NCBI GenBank assembly: GCA_020630045.1
Contig: JAHDCE010000001.1
Span: forward strand, 1-26,490
Length of the DNA stretch: 26,490 bases
Reading direction: 5' to 3'
Source: Saprospiraceae bacterium
GTDB lineage: Bacteria; Bacteroidota; Bacteroidia; Chitinophagales; Saprospiraceae
The position numbers and the translations under genes were made by a program. The notes under the pieces are model-generated. The model did no database searches and was not told the origin of the DNA. It was given only the letters and a program-made list of their open reading frames with translations. Below, one piece after another: positions 26,163 through 26,490 of the stretch (position 1 is the first letter of the stretch; every line of letters begins with the position of its first letter).

Positions 26163-26490
26163 ACACTAAGTAGTATTAGATTGCTTACAATATGGTATTG
26201 CCTTAAAAGTTGTCTTCCGGTAAAGATAATCAATCCGGTTTAATTTACCACCACGATTTTAAAACACATATGTTAAATCGGATGGATAAAAGGCATCTTT
26301 TTTTGTTCAATGTTACCGTAGTAATGGGATATCAAATCATATCCATCCATTCCCACCTGTAAATATAGATGAAAAATACACCCCCGCTTTCAAGGGGACG
26401 AACTTGGTTATAGTTACAATCTACTAGTAGATTCCGCGATGGAATTTGTTGGTTTGAATTGATTTGCCTGTCCATAACTCAAAACCAAGG

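Noticed and set aside
26418-26433. Perfect 16-bp palindrome AATCTACTAGTAGATT, superficially like the TCTAC...GTAGAT hairpin of Cas12a repeats
   Set aside because: It is a single copy with no spacers or cas genes, and the loop is too short. About one palindrome of this length is expected by chance in a window this size.
26414-26490. Possible 3' end of an upstream minus-strand gene
   Set aside because: Two frames give about 21-24 open codons with no recognisable motif, so they cannot be told apart from chance.

Overview
AT-rich (roughly 40% GC by eye) chromosomal segment of a Bacteroidota bacterium. The phylum is inferred from a PorP/SprF T9SS gene, TAnnTTTG promoter boxes and the fabH-efp-accB-accC order. 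From left to right it holds: the 5' end of an ECF sigma factor divergent from a membrane-anchored TPR-CHAT caspase-like protease; a Flavo-1-like structured RNA element; a beta-barrel plus lipoprotein pair, where the lipoprotein carries an HLS autoproteolysis-like motif; an Ig-like lipoprotein; a GH3/serine-hydrolase fusion; rlmD; a soluble phosphorelay (REC-PAS-HK-REC, Hpt, single-domain receiver); a polysaccharide deacetylase-like gene; a tightly packed four-gene operon; fabH-efp-accB-accC; and a porP/sprF-family gene. The four-gene operon encodes a coiled-coil protein, a protein with a longin/roadblock-like C-terminal domain, a Rab-like small GTPase and a degenerate histidine pseudokinase. 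It is the best candidate for an uncharacterised system, possibly coupled to the nearby phosphorelay. No tRNA, rRNA, CRISPR array or intact mobile element was recognised. All family calls come from motif recognition by eye; no database search was run.
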